Source: Gemmatimonadales bacterium
GTDB taxonomy: Bacteria > Gemmatimonadota > Gemmatimonadetes > Gemmatimonadales > GWC2-71-9
DNA length: 64,000 nt
Direction: 5' to 3'
NCBI GenBank assembly: GCA_965249575.1
Contig: OZ252244.1
Span: 1,184,001-1,248,000 of the forward strand
In this document: piece by piece, positions 10,007 through 19,405 of the stretch
Position numbering within the stretch: position 1 is the stretch's first letter
Layout: every line of letters starts with the position of its first letter
Notes under the pieces: model-generated
Seen by the model: only the letters and a program-made list of their open reading frames with translations
What the model was told of the DNA's origin: nothing
The model's database searches: none
Translations under genes and position numbers: made by a program

Positions 10007-10605
10007 TTCGGCGTGGTCTGAATGAGGTACACGACGGTGAAGATCACGATCCAGACGACGTCGACGAAGTGCCAGTATAATCCGGCGATCTCGACGTTCA
10101 GGGCCTTCTCCGGACCGAGCCGCCCCCCAACCACCAGCACCAAGAGAGTGAGCAGCCACACGACCCCGACGAATACGTGTGCCCCATGGAACCCGGTCAG
10201 GGTGAAGAAAGTGGAGCCAAAGAGATTCGTCGTGATGGTGAGCCCTTCGCTCACGAAATGGGTGAACTCGTAGACCTGAAACCCCAAGAACACGAGTCCG
10301 AGTCCCGCGGTTGTCATGAGCCACACCGGAGCCCACACCCGGTCGCCCCGCCGGACGGCCGCAAGCGCCAAGACCATTGCCAGGCTCGACATCAGGAGAT
10401 CGAAAGTGCTGACTGACGTCAGCGGAATGTTGAGAATCTCGTGAGTCGTCGGGCCCGTGACGCTGCGTCCCTCGTAGGCGAGGTACGTGACGATGAGCGA
10501 GCCGAACAGCAGGCACTCTGAGCCGATGAACGTCCAGAACGCGATCTTGCGCGAATCGAGCCCGGTACTCGTATGGTGCGCAGTCGCGGCGTGGGTCATC
10601 GTCAC
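10003..10605 (-). CDS. ctaE: Cytochrome c oxidase subunit III
   Basis: FWTFIGSE, TGFHGAHV, YWHFVDVVW. Confidence 0.96.
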   Translation of the reverse strand: MTMTHAATAHHTSTGLDSRKIAFWTFIGSECLLFGSLIVTYLAYEGRSVTGPTTHEILNIPLTSVSTFDLLMSSLAMVLALAAVRRGDRVWAPVWLMTTAGLGLVFLGFQVYEFTHFVSEGLTITTNLFGSTFFTLTGFHGAHVFVGVVWLLTLLVLVVGGRLGPEKALNVEIAGLYWHFVDVVWIVIFTVVYLIQTTPK

Positions 10606-12419
10606 ACCTCGAAGGGCTCGAAGGCCCAGCCGTAGACGCTCGCCACCAGCAAAGCGGCCCCGGTTAGCGCGACCCAGAGCGACTGCACGAGCCCGCCCGT
10701 CGCCACGAGGATGACCGCCACCGCTGCGAGGATCGGCCAGTACGAGCCTTCAGGCACGTGGATCGGCGCGGGAGGCTCGGGCGGAATGGCCTTCATGTGG
10801 GTCCTGGACCAGCCCGGCAGGCGGCTCACGACCTGCGGGATGACCGTGAAGTTGTAGACCGGCGGCGGGGAGGGGATGGTCCATTCGAGAGTCGCTCCTC
10901 CCCATGGGTCGGGCCCTGCGACTTGGCCGCGCCGTAGCGACCACAGGGCATTGGCGACGAAGATCAGCGCCGAGACGCCGATGATTAACGAGCCCACGGT
11001 AGAGACGAGGTTCAAATCGCCAAGGCCCAGCTCCGGCCCGTACGTATAGACTCTCCGTGGCATTCCCAGCATGCCAATAAAGTGCATCGGGAAGAACGTG
11101 AGGTTCATCCCGATGAAGTTGAGCCAGAAGTGCCACTTACCCATGGGCTCGTTCAGGAGCTTGCCCGTGATCTTCGGCCACCAGTAGTAGATCCCCGAGA
11201 ACAGACCGAAGATCGCTCCACCGAACAGCACGTAATGGAAATGCGCGACGACGAAGTAAGTATCGGTCTGCTGCAGATCGGTGGGCGCGGACGCGTGCAT
11301 GACCCCTGACAGCCCGCCGATGATGAACATCGACACGAACCCGACCGCGAACAGCATCGCCGAGCTGAACCGAATCTGGCCGCCCCACATGGTGGCGATC
11401 CAGTTGAAGATCTTCACGCCGGTGGGAATGGCAATGAGCATCGTGGCCGCAGAGAAGACCGAATCGGCTATCGGCCCCAGGCCGACCGAGAACATGTGAT
11501 GGCTCCACACGCCCCACCCCATGACGCCGATGAGGACGCCCGAATAAACCACCACGGCATACCCGAACAGTGGCTTACGCGAGAACGTCGGCAGCACCTC
11601 CGAGACGATCCCCATCGTCGGCAGTATCAGGATGTAGACCTCCGGGTGGCCGAAGAGCCAGAAGAGATGTTGCCAAAGTAACAGATCTCCACCCGCGGCC
11701 ACCGAGTAGAACGTCGTGCCGAAGAGACGGTCGAAGGTCAGAAAGACCAAGGCGATCGTAAGGACTGGAAACGCCGTGACAACGATGAACTGCGTGATGA
11801 GCGCCATCCACGTGAACACGGGTAACCGCATCATGGACATGCCGGGAGCGCGCAAATTGATGATGGTCGTGATGAAGTTGAACCCCGCCGCAAGCGACGC
11901 GACGCCAAGCACCTGCAGTCCGATGGCCCAGAAATCGATGCCGAGGCCGGGAGAATACTGCTTCGCCGTCAGGTTCAGGTAGCCGAACCAGCCACCGTCC
12001 GGGGCGGCCCCAACGAGAAAGCTCGCGTTCAAGAAGAGCCCGCCAAACAAGAACACCCAATAACTGAACGCATTGAGTCGCGGGAACGCGACGTCTCGCG
12101 CCCCGATCTGGAGCGGCACGATGTAATTGAAGAATGCTGCGGACAACGGCATGATGGCGAGGAACACCATCGTCGTACCGTGCATGGTAAACAACTGATT
12201 GTATGCTTCGGCCGAGAGCAGCGTATTATCCGGCGCGCCGAGCTGCAGCCGGAGAAGCAGGGCCTCGAGGCCGCCGATGAGAAAGAATGCAAAAGCGGAG
12301 ACACCGTACAGGATACCGATCCGCTTGTGATCGGTCGTGACGATCCAGGACCAGAATCCGCTAGGGGCCGGCGGCTGGCTCGTGCCTACGTTTTGGGCGT
12401 CGATCGCGTGGCTTCCCAT
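10602..12419 (-). CDS. ctaD: Cytochrome c oxidase subunit I (A1 type)
   Basis: DHKRIG, TMHGT, GHPEVY, WSHHMF, VAHFHY; two extra C-terminal helices as in caa3 enzymes. Confidence 0.98.
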   Translation of the reverse strand: MGSHAIDAQNVGTSQPPAPSGFWSWIVTTDHKRIGILYGVSAFAFFLIGGLEALLLRLQLGAPDNTLLSAEAYNQLFTMHGTTMVFLAIMPLSAAFFNYIVPLQIGARDVAFPRLNAFSYWVFLFGGLFLNASFLVGAAPDGGWFGYLNLTAKQYSPGLGIDFWAIGLQVLGVASLAAGFNFITTIINLRAPGMSMMRLPVFTWMALITQFIVVTAFPVLTIALVFLTFDRLFGTTFYSVAAGGDLLLWQHLFWLFGHPEVYILILPTMGIVSEVLPTFSRKPLFGYAVVVYSGVLIGVMGWGVWSHHMFSVGLGPIADSVFSAATMLIAIPTGVKIFNWIATMWGGQIRFSSAMLFAVGFVSMFIIGGLSGVMHASAPTDLQQTDTYFVVAHFHYVLFGGAIFGLFSGIYYWWPKITGKLLNEPMGKWHFWLNFIGMNLTFFPMHFIGMLGMPRRVYTYGPELGLGDLNLVSTVGSLIIGVSALIFVANALWSLRRGQVAGPDPWGGATLEWTIPSPPPVYNFTVIPQVVSRLPGWSRTHMKAIPPEPPAPIHVPEGSYWPILAAVAVILVATGGLVQSLWVALTGAALLVASVYGWAFEPFEV

Positions 12420-12429
12420 CCCCGCGACC

Positions 12430-13476
12430 CTACGTCTTGCTGAGGAGGTACGCGACGAGTGCCGCGACCTCCTCCTCAGTGAGATCGATGTCGGGCATGA
12501 GGCTGCCAGGCTTGACGCCGACGGGGTCTACCAGCCAGCGCCTCAGGCCCTCAGCGGTATTCGGAAGAATGCCCGACGCGATGGTGGTGCGAGACCCGAC
12601 GTGGGACAGACTCGGACCCAGCTCGCCAGCAGACATGCCATCCATGGTGTGGCAGACGATGCAGGAGTGGTTCGCGGGAGTCCGAATCTTCCGAAACGCT
12701 TCTTCACCCTGACGAGCCAGGTCGCTTTCCGGATCGATCGGCGGCGGCGGCCCCTGCTGATTGGCGACCCAAGCCTCGAACGCGGCCGAATCGTCCACGA
12801 ACACCCGGAGCCGCATGTTCGCATGCGACGCGCCGCAGAACTCGGCGCACTGGCCGAGATACATCCCAACGGAATCGGGAGTGAACGCCAACCGGTTTGT
12901 ACGGCCGGCGATGGCATCCCGCTTTCCGCCGAGCTGAGGCGCCCAAAAACTATGGATCACGTCGGCGGATGTGATGGACAAGCCAACGGGTCGTCCCTGC
13001 AGCAAGTGGAGTTCGTTGGCGGTAACGATCTCCAAGTCCGGATACCGGTACTCCCACCACCACTGGTGGCCGACCACTTCGACGATGAGAGCACCCTCAT
13101 CGGGAGTCCCATCCGTCGCGAAGATGGTCTGAACCGTTGGAACTGCGATGAACACCAGGATGACGGCTGGAGCGAGCGTCCAGCCGACCTCCAACAGGGT
13201 GTTGCCGTGAACCCGCTCGGGGGGTGGCTGACCCGGGCGTGCGCGAAACCGGATGATCGCGTAAACAAGTAAGGACTCGACGACGACGAAAACCCCGACC
13301 GCCCACCAGAAAATCGTGAGGTACAGCTCCTCGAGCTCGACGCCGAGGTCTGATGTCGTAGAAAAGGTCGATTGGGGGAAGGGACCGGCACAGGCCTGCG
13401 CAACCATCACGAGAGCGAGGATGACGGGCAACGCCTTCCTTGCACCAGATATGCCGAGCGGCGGGGCGCTCGTCAT
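12430..13476 (-). CDS. ctaC: Cytochrome c oxidase subunit II fused to a cytochrome c domain (caa3)
   Basis: DVIHSFW and CAEFCGASHANM CuA ligands, CIVCH heme c motif, lipobox-like AQAC. Start is approximate. Confidence 0.95.
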   Translation of the reverse strand: MTSAPPLGISGARKALPVILALVMVAQACAGPFPQSTFSTTSDLGVELEELYLTIFWWAVGVFVVVESLLVYAIIRFRARPGQPPPERVHGNTLLEVGWTLAPAVILVFIAVPTVQTIFATDGTPDEGALIVEVVGHQWWWEYRYPDLEIVTANELHLLQGRPVGLSITSADVIHSFWAPQLGGKRDAIAGRTNRLAFTPDSVGMYLGQCAEFCGASHANMRLRVFVDDSAAFEAWVANQQGPPPPIDPESDLARQGEEAFRKIRTPANHSCIVCHTMDGMSAGELGPSLSHVGSRTTIASGILPNTAEGLRRWLVDPVGVKPGSLMPDIDLTEEEVAALVAYLLSKT

Positions 13477-13687
13477 TCCCTGCAAGACGCGAGGCTCGAG
13501 ACTGAAGCGACCGTACGCCGACCCGGCATCGCGCGTATGGTAGCACAGCCAATCGTGCCGGTCAACGTCCACGGGCGGGCGCGTGCTCACCCGAGGAGCA
13601 AAAGGAGCGCGCCGTGCGTATCTTTCCAACCCGAACCGACGATGTACGTGTAGTAGACCCCTCTAAAACGCCCGCCGGAGCAGTACG

Positions 13688-14094
13688 ATGGTAGAGTACA
13701 CCGCCCACTACGCATTGAGCACCGAGGTCGACTTGCCCTATGAGCAGGCGGTCGAGCTGACCCGTGAGGCCCTCAACAACGAAGGCTTTGGGGTCCCGAC
13801 CGAGATCGATGTCAGGGCGGCGCCCAAGAACAAGCTCGACGTCGACTTCCAGCTGTACGTATCCTCGGAGCCTGTAACCCACCCCTGGCTCACCAGGCGC
13901 TCACCGCCGAACGAGACATCGGCTTCCTGCTGCCCTGCAATCTGATCGTGTACGAGGGGGACGCACCCGGGCAGCACGATCACCGCCCTCGACCCGCTCG
14001 AACAGCTCATGCCTGCGGGACACAAGGACCTCGAACCACTCGCACTGCAGGTCAGGAGCAGATCGAGCGGGTCTTGGACTCGCACGCCACCTAA
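13688..14094 (+). pseudogene. DUF302 family protein with several frameshifts
   Basis: [10 protein letters not shown], then a shift to [14 protein letters not shown]...[13 protein letters not shown]; at least three frame changes. Confidence 0.8.
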
Positions 14095-14150
14095 CACCAG
14101 CGGGTGCGGCGTACCACACGCCCCGTGTAACGTCGCCGAGAGGACCCCCC

Positions 14151-14528
14151 GTGCCCAAAGCATCTGCCGTGACCCATTACCGGTGGGACGACATCCCCCG
14201 CGAGCAGCTCACTGATCTGATCGACCGGCGGCTGATCACGGGCGATCGCATGATGCTCGCCCAGATCTTTCTAAAAAAGGGATCCGTTGTTCCCAAACAC
14301 CATCATGAGAACGAACAACTGACGTACGTGGTCGACGGCGAGCTCAAGTTTTTCATAGGCGAGGATCAATCGGAGATCGTTACCGTGCGTTCCGGAGAGG
14401 TGTTGCACCTGCCCTCGAACGTTCCCCACGAGGCTCACGCCATCAGGGACACGTTTGACGTCGACATCTTCAGCCCACCGAGGCAGGACTGGCTCGACAA
14501 AACCGACGATTACCTGCGAGGAAAGTAG
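14151..14528 (+). CDS. Cupin domain protein
   Basis: PKHHHENEQ, PSNVPHEA, DIFSPPRQDW. Confidence 0.92.
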   Translation: MPKASAVTHYRWDDIPREQLTDLIDRRLITGDRMMLAQIFLKKGSVVPKHHHENEQLTYVVDGELKFFIGEDQSEIVTVRSGEVLHLPSNVPHEAHAIRDTFDVDIFSPPRQDWLDKTDDYLRGK

Positions 14529-14570
14529 GAGATCGACTAGCGGGCCGTAGTCGTATTGCGGTGCGAGCCC

Positions 14571-14873
14571 TCAGTTGAGCCGCGGGTCGAACCCGACGAG
14601 TTCTCGGCCGGCGGCATCGAAGCGGTCGGATTCGCCGAACGCCTCGCCTTCGCCGGCCCATGGCTCGGGTTGTTCGAGAGGTGGAGCAGCGCCGCGCCGC
14701 TCGCGCGCTCTCAGGATCCAAAGCGCCGCAGCTAGCACCGTAGCCGACACGGCGAGGAGGGTTGTCGCGCCGAGTGCAAAGGACTCCCAGTGCAGCCACG
14801 ACATCATCGCGTGGCCACGCGATCGGTCTCGCTCATAGTCCACCCGCCGCCCGAAACGCGTCCGGGTGCGCAT
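14571..14873 (-). CDS. Small hypothetical single-TM protein
   Basis: One hydrophobic helix followed by an acidic tail; no recognised family. Confidence 0.4.
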   Translation of the reverse strand: MRTRTRFGRRVDYERDRSRGHAMMSWLHWESFALGATTLLAVSATVLAAALWILRARERRGAAPPLEQPEPWAGEGEAFGESDRFDAAGRELVGFDPRLN

Positions 14874-15279
14874 GGGATTGCCCCCGGGCAGATAAGCGTG
14901 GGCCCAGCAACATGAACACAACGAGCCCCCCACATCCAAGTATGACGTAACGCAACAACCCATCAAATCTCCCGGCCGTGGACCGTGACGCCCGTCACAT
15001 TTGGTATCGACCCAACCCCTGAAAGGCTTAACCACGTTCGCCCGGGAGTCCGGGTAAGGGCGTCAATCCGGCAGAAAACGCCTGTGGGCCTCCGAAAATG
15101 GCAAAATTCTCCGCTTTCGGCCACCAAATACCCTCTAACTCCGTGTCGGGCAAGAAACTTGCCGATTCTACCCTCGGGGATCGGGGTCCCCACCAGCGGC
15201 TTTAAGGGCCTGGCTGGGGTCATCGGCCGGCGGGCCGGGGTAGGACCGGATAAGGCTCGGATTTAGGAGGAACTACGGC

Positions 15280-15996
15280 ATGATCGTGCCGAGCATTCAC
15301 CGCGCACTGCGACGCAGCGACCTCACGAAGCTCGTGTTGGAAATCGCGCGCGCCGAGCCTGACGCCGCTGAGCCCGCCGCGCGGGCACTCGAGGCGGGGG
15401 AAGTCGACGTCCTGCTCGACCAACCAGCTGCTTTGGAGGCGGTCCGCGGGCGGGGCGGGGTCCCCGCCCCACTCCCGCTGACGCTGTTATGGTACGTCCC
15501 GGTCCGAGCGGCGCTCAGGGAACGTGGTGAGTCGGCCGTCGACCTGGCCGACTACACGGCGAGCGTCCCGCTTGCGTGCGTTCGAATCCCCACCGCCGCC
15601 GCGGGCACCCAGGGCTGGGCGGGGCTCGCGGACTTTCAACGTGCGATCTCCTCTCTTCCGCGGGACACGCTCGTCCGTGGGGAGCGCGCGGCGGACTGCG
15701 GGGCCGTTGCGCTTTGGTGGGCCGCCTGTTTTCCCGAGCGTCTCTACCATCGGGCGGGGAAAGGAATCGTTCGCGCCTACGTGGCCTTTGCCGCCGGTGC
15801 GTTCAGCGAAGCCGCACGAATCCTGGGTAACACGATGCCAGAAATCGCCCGGCTCCTGACGGCTGGGTCGGAGCGAATCGACCAGCTCTATGGAGCCCTT
15901 CGCTCAACCGCCGTCGACTACCTTGGCCGAAACGCGCATACTGCGGACGGAAGGATCAACCGCTACCTCGCTCGTCTCGAAGGCTCGCTCAGCTAA
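15280..15996 (+). CDS. Hypothetical protein
   Basis: AGGAGG RBS, 238-aa ORF with normal codon usage; convergent on the RiPP operon. Confidence 0.75.
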   Translation: MIVPSIHRALRRSDLTKLVLEIARAEPDAAEPAARALEAGEVDVLLDQPAALEAVRGRGGVPAPLPLTLLWYVPVRAALRERGESAVDLADYTASVPLACVRIPTAAAGTQGWAGLADFQRAISSLPRDTLVRGERAADCGAVALWWAACFPERLYHRAGKGIVRAYVAFAAGAFSEAARILGNTMPEIARLLTAGSERIDQLYGALRSTAVDYLGRNAHTADGRINRYLARLEGSLS

Positions 15997-16004
15997 CGAC
16001 CTGG

Positions 16005-17101
16005 CTAGGCAAACGCCCTTCGCCAGCCGAAGTACGCCGCTCGGGCAATCACCCCGGCGGCACCCCGCCTCATCTTGAGTAGCAAGCCGGTGTTCGACAC
16101 CACGCCCTGCAGCGGCATCGCAGCCTCGACTCGATTCCCCTCCTCGAGCAGCTTCTCCCGCCATCGCTCGCTCATGTAGTTCGCCCTGAGAACCGACAAG
16201 CGCCATCGCACCGCCCGGCGGAGGTCGTATCGCGGCGAGCGCGGCGCGAGGGGGGGGTGAGCACCACGCCACCGAGCGCCGCGCCGGTGGCCAGCCATAT
16301 GAGGGCTCGAGCGCGATCGGACTCTCCCGACTCAAGGCGCTCGCCGATCAGGTCCCAATCGACCGCACGCCCACTGGCACATACCGCCGCGGCATCGAGC
16401 AAGAAGCGCAAACGGAAGCCGGCCGCCCCCTGATGCACTCCGTGAGCCACGCCGTGCCAGAGAAGCTCCGTGGCGGAAGGCACTTTGAGGCCAAGTCCGT
16501 CGTGCTCGACCACGTCGCCGTCACTCGCGGCCCTCCGCCATGCCTCCTCGGGGGGAATACGGAGCGAGGTCGATGTGTGGATCTCCACCGCCACCCCCCC
16601 TGGGCGGGAGAGGGGATCGAGGTGAAAGTGCCCGAGCGGCGGCTCTACCATGACCTCGTAGCCCGCCGAGCGCAGGCACTCCCATAGCGGACGCGCGCAT
16701 GCCTCGGGAACCAACAAGTCGATGTCTAGCGTATCCCGGGCATCCGCATACGGGTACAGAGCCGCCGCCGCGCGCCGTGCGGAGCCCTTCAGCAACACGC
16801 TCGGAACCCCTTCGCGCGCCGCTATCCGAGCGACCTTCACAGTCTCCGCATCGATGAGCATTCCGCGCGCGGCCAGGCGTTTTGCTTCGCGCGCGAGCGA
16901 GCCAAAGAAGTGGGGACGAGTCGATCGCGAGAACAAGTCGCCCTTGCGGAGGCGGCGATAGAGCCAGAGGGCGCACCCCTCATAGTCCACGAGGTCGAAT
17001 AGACCAGTCGTATCAGCCGCCAGCCACGCGTCGTCGAGCGAGTTCGTGGAAGGATCTTCGCCGAGCCGCAGCGTCTCAAGCAGCAGATCGGGAAGCTGCA
17101 C
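16005..17101 (-). CDS. Nucleotidyltransferase family protein (NTP_transf_5-like), frameshifted in a G8 run near 16250
   Basis: VLLKGSA...RDTLDIDLLV, VEIH motifs. The C-terminus continues in the frame of ORF 16005..16298. Confidence 0.85.
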
Positions 17102-17516
17102 GCTCGTCCGGAAACGTCGCGATGACGGTGTAGGTATCGATGTGGAGGGGGTCCGGTTCCAGGTACGGCCGGCTCCGCCACGAAAGCCAGGCGTGGGCCT
17201 CGAACTTCCCGCTCGACCCTCGCCGCACCCCGATACAGAGCACGACGGCCCGGCCGGCTCGCCGCATGAGGTAATACAGCACGGCAGCTCGGCGGAGGCA
17301 GGTGTGGCGCCAGGGCCCAGGCAACCGCCGGAGAGTCCCGCCTACCCACTCAACGATGGACGTCTCGTCGAACCCGGGTGGCGGATACCGGGGGCTGGAG
17401 CGCCGACTGAGCCAGCGGACGAGCCGGTCGAGCGCCACGATCCTCAGGCAGGGCAGGATGATGAACGAGGCGGCCGTGGCGCGCATGTGCCAGGCGAACC
17501 GAGAGGCCGGGGTCAG
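17076..17516 (-). CDS. Lasso B2-type transglutaminase-like leader peptidase
   Basis: TCLRRAAVL...LCIGV...EAHAWL Cys/His motifs. Start uncertain (CTG 17516 or ATG 17486). Confidence 0.9.
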   Translation of the reverse strand: MTPASRFAWHMRATAASFIILPCLRIVALDRLVRWLSRRSSPRYPPPGFDETSIVEWVGGTLRRLPGPWRHTCLRRAAVLYYLMRRAGRAVVLCIGVRRGSSGKFEAHAWLSWRSRPYLEPDPLHIDTYTVIATFPDERAASRSAA

Positions 17517-17788
17517 TCCGTACCCTCCTCTAATAGCAGTTCGGCTTCGTGGCACCGATTGAGAAACTCCGCCACGCTTTGACGCGCCTCCTCGTCCGAG
17601 ACCTCGTAGGTCTCGAGGAGAATGGCGACGATTTCGTCGGCCGTCCGCGGCGCCTTGAGGGCCTCGAGAATCGCGAGGCCGGTCTCGCTCACGGTGAAGT
17701 AGCGCTGGTTCCCAAGGTGAAGGACCACGCCTTCACCTTCCAACTCGGCAACCCTGAGATCGGGCCGCTGCCGAAATCGAACCGTCAT
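17513..17788 (-). CDS. PqqD-family RiPP recognition element (B1/RRE)
   Basis: 91 aa: ELEGEGVVLHL..RYFTVSETG..I...L.ETYEV..EEA...V.EFL. Confidence 0.93.
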   Translation of the reverse strand: MTVRFRQRPDLRVAELEGEGVVLHLGNQRYFTVSETGLAILEALKAPRTADEIVAILLETYEVSDEEARQSVAEFLNRCHEAELLLEEGTD

Positions 17789-18702
17789 TCGATCACCTCC
17801 GCGAGGCGCTCGGGCCGCCGGAAGAGATCGCTGCCGAGCGTCACCCGATAGCTCCGGCTCTACCGGGCCAGCTGCGCGATCAGGTCCAGGTGCTCTTGAG
17901 CTAGGTCCGGCTCGAGCATGACCCACGTCGACCAGCGGATCAGTTGCGAGAGGGTTTCCTTCGGCCCGAGCGGCTCCGCGTGCGTCGTCGCCCCGTCAAC
18001 TGTCGTGAAGACGAGGATCTCTGGCTCGACCCGCGGCGCCCACGCAGCACCAAAACCCTCCGGCCGGCACACAAACTTCCTCCGTCTGGCATCGTACTCA
18101 GCCTGCTTGGGCCTCAGGAGATCGTGCGCCCGCTTCCGCAAAGAAAGCGAACCGCGGGGCGCAATCGCCGTAACCCGGTCCCCTGAAGACGCCAAGAAGA
18201 TCGTGTCGTCGTGGCCGATCGCCCACTGCCGCGACGCGAGGAGCGCAGCCGTCGTCGACTTTCCAGCCCGGGCCCCTCCGGCGATGAGCCAGCCCCGGCC
18301 CGTAAGATCCACGGCCGACGCGGCGTGCGCCGCGTGCCATCCAACTCTGCGGAGAAGAAAAAGCAGTACGATGAAGAGAAAGGTCGGCTTCGCTGCCTCG
18401 AGGTGCTCGACAGCCGCCCGTGACAGCACGACTTCGGCACGGAGCGCTCCGGCCCGAATCACGGCGGCGGCGGGCTCGACGAGCCACTCGATGCGAACGT
18501 CGCCCGCGGGCGGTCCCGCGCGGATCTCGACCTCCGGCTGCCGAACGATCGGTCGCGGATCGTCCGCGAATCCTTCGGGCGTGCCGATCCGGACATCGAG
18601 CGTGACCGACGTGCTGGGATCGAGCCGCCGGGCATGCAACCCCTCCTCGAGAATCCGCCGCGCCTCTCGATCGTCGCAGGCCAACTCGATTGATGCCCTC
18701 AT
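17785..18702 (-). CDS. HPr kinase-like P-loop RiPP kinase, with an in-frame TAG at 17860
   Basis: HAASAV, GGARAGKSTT Walker A, HDD. The frame continues 24 codons past the TAG to a TGA overlapping the RRE ATG. Confidence 0.85.
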
Positions 18703-18736
18703 TGGGCGGCCGCGCGGGCATTCACCCCCCCAAATG

Positions 18737-18779
18737 GAGCGCGCGCCGACCCCGATATACGGTGCCGGCGCGCGCGCTC
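18737..18779 (-). terminator. GC-rich hairpin between the precursor and the modification genes
   Basis: GAGCGCGCGCCG...CGGCGCGCGCGCTC imperfect inverted repeat just downstream of the precursor stop; no U-tract. Confidence 0.45.
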
Positions 18780-18796
18780 GATCGAGCAGCCGCCTC

Positions 18797-18895
18797 TTAA
18801 GTTATCCCAGACACCTGCGGGAATTGGAGGGTACCGTCGGCCAACGATGCCTCTTCGACCAACGTGGGCTTTACGAATGGCTTCTTGGGCTTCAC
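18797..18895 (-). CDS. Putative RiPP precursor peptide MKPKKPFVKPTLVEEASLADGTLQFPQVSGIT (32 aa)
   Basis: GGAGAGGAG RBS before GTG. FxxPxLxxxAxxxxxT has the exact spacing of the lasso leader motif YxxPxLxxxGxxxxxT. First gene of the operon; below the ORF-track length cutoff. Confidence 0.85.
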   Translation of the reverse strand: MKPKKPFVKPTLVEEASLADGTLQFPQVSGIT

Positions 18896-19342
18896 TATAG
18901 ACTCCTCTCCGATCGGTTACAGCCGCCCACGATCGCAAGATTTGCACCCCCGGGTACGATGTCGCCACGCCGATCTCTAAGATCATGTAAAACATGAGGT
19001 TGTGCGATACGGTGACCAGCTGTTCTTTCTGGCTTTGCGTAGAAGGTGCGCTGCACCGGCCGGCCCACTCGGACGATTTTGTGGTGAGTCCTCGACAATC
19101 CAGATCGTTCCACGACGGGGCTGGATATGTCGACCACCGTGCCGGCCTTTCCACTTCGCCCCAACATCCCCATCGGCTCAAACGGTAAGAGCCGTGCTCG
19201 ACCGAGCCGCTGGACGTCGCACCGAGTTCGCTCCGCCGCCGGGACAGCCGGGGACCTACCCCGCGTGTGGCACCGGAACCACACCTGCACGGCGTGCGGG
19301 CTGTAACCCGTTGAAAGGGCAGACAATACAGCGGCCCGTTCT

Positions 19343-19370
19343 TTGCATTTGCCATCGTAGGCGCTATCAT
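19343..19370 (+). promoter_or_regulatory. Candidate sigma-70 promoter of aceBA
   Basis: TTGCAT-N16-TATCAT, 35 bp upstream of aceB. Confidence 0.5.
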
Positions 19371-19405
19371 TCACTCTTAATCACCGGCTCAGCACATTCA
19401 GCCTA

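Noticed and set aside
16005..18895. Conventional lasso peptide cluster
   Set aside because: No cyclase is present, and the core has no Asp/Glu and is only 9 aa.
18910..19400. Riboswitch or ncRNA in the 500-bp gap between the precursor and aceB
   Set aside because: No recognisable Rfam-type consensus by eye; an Infernal search would be needed.
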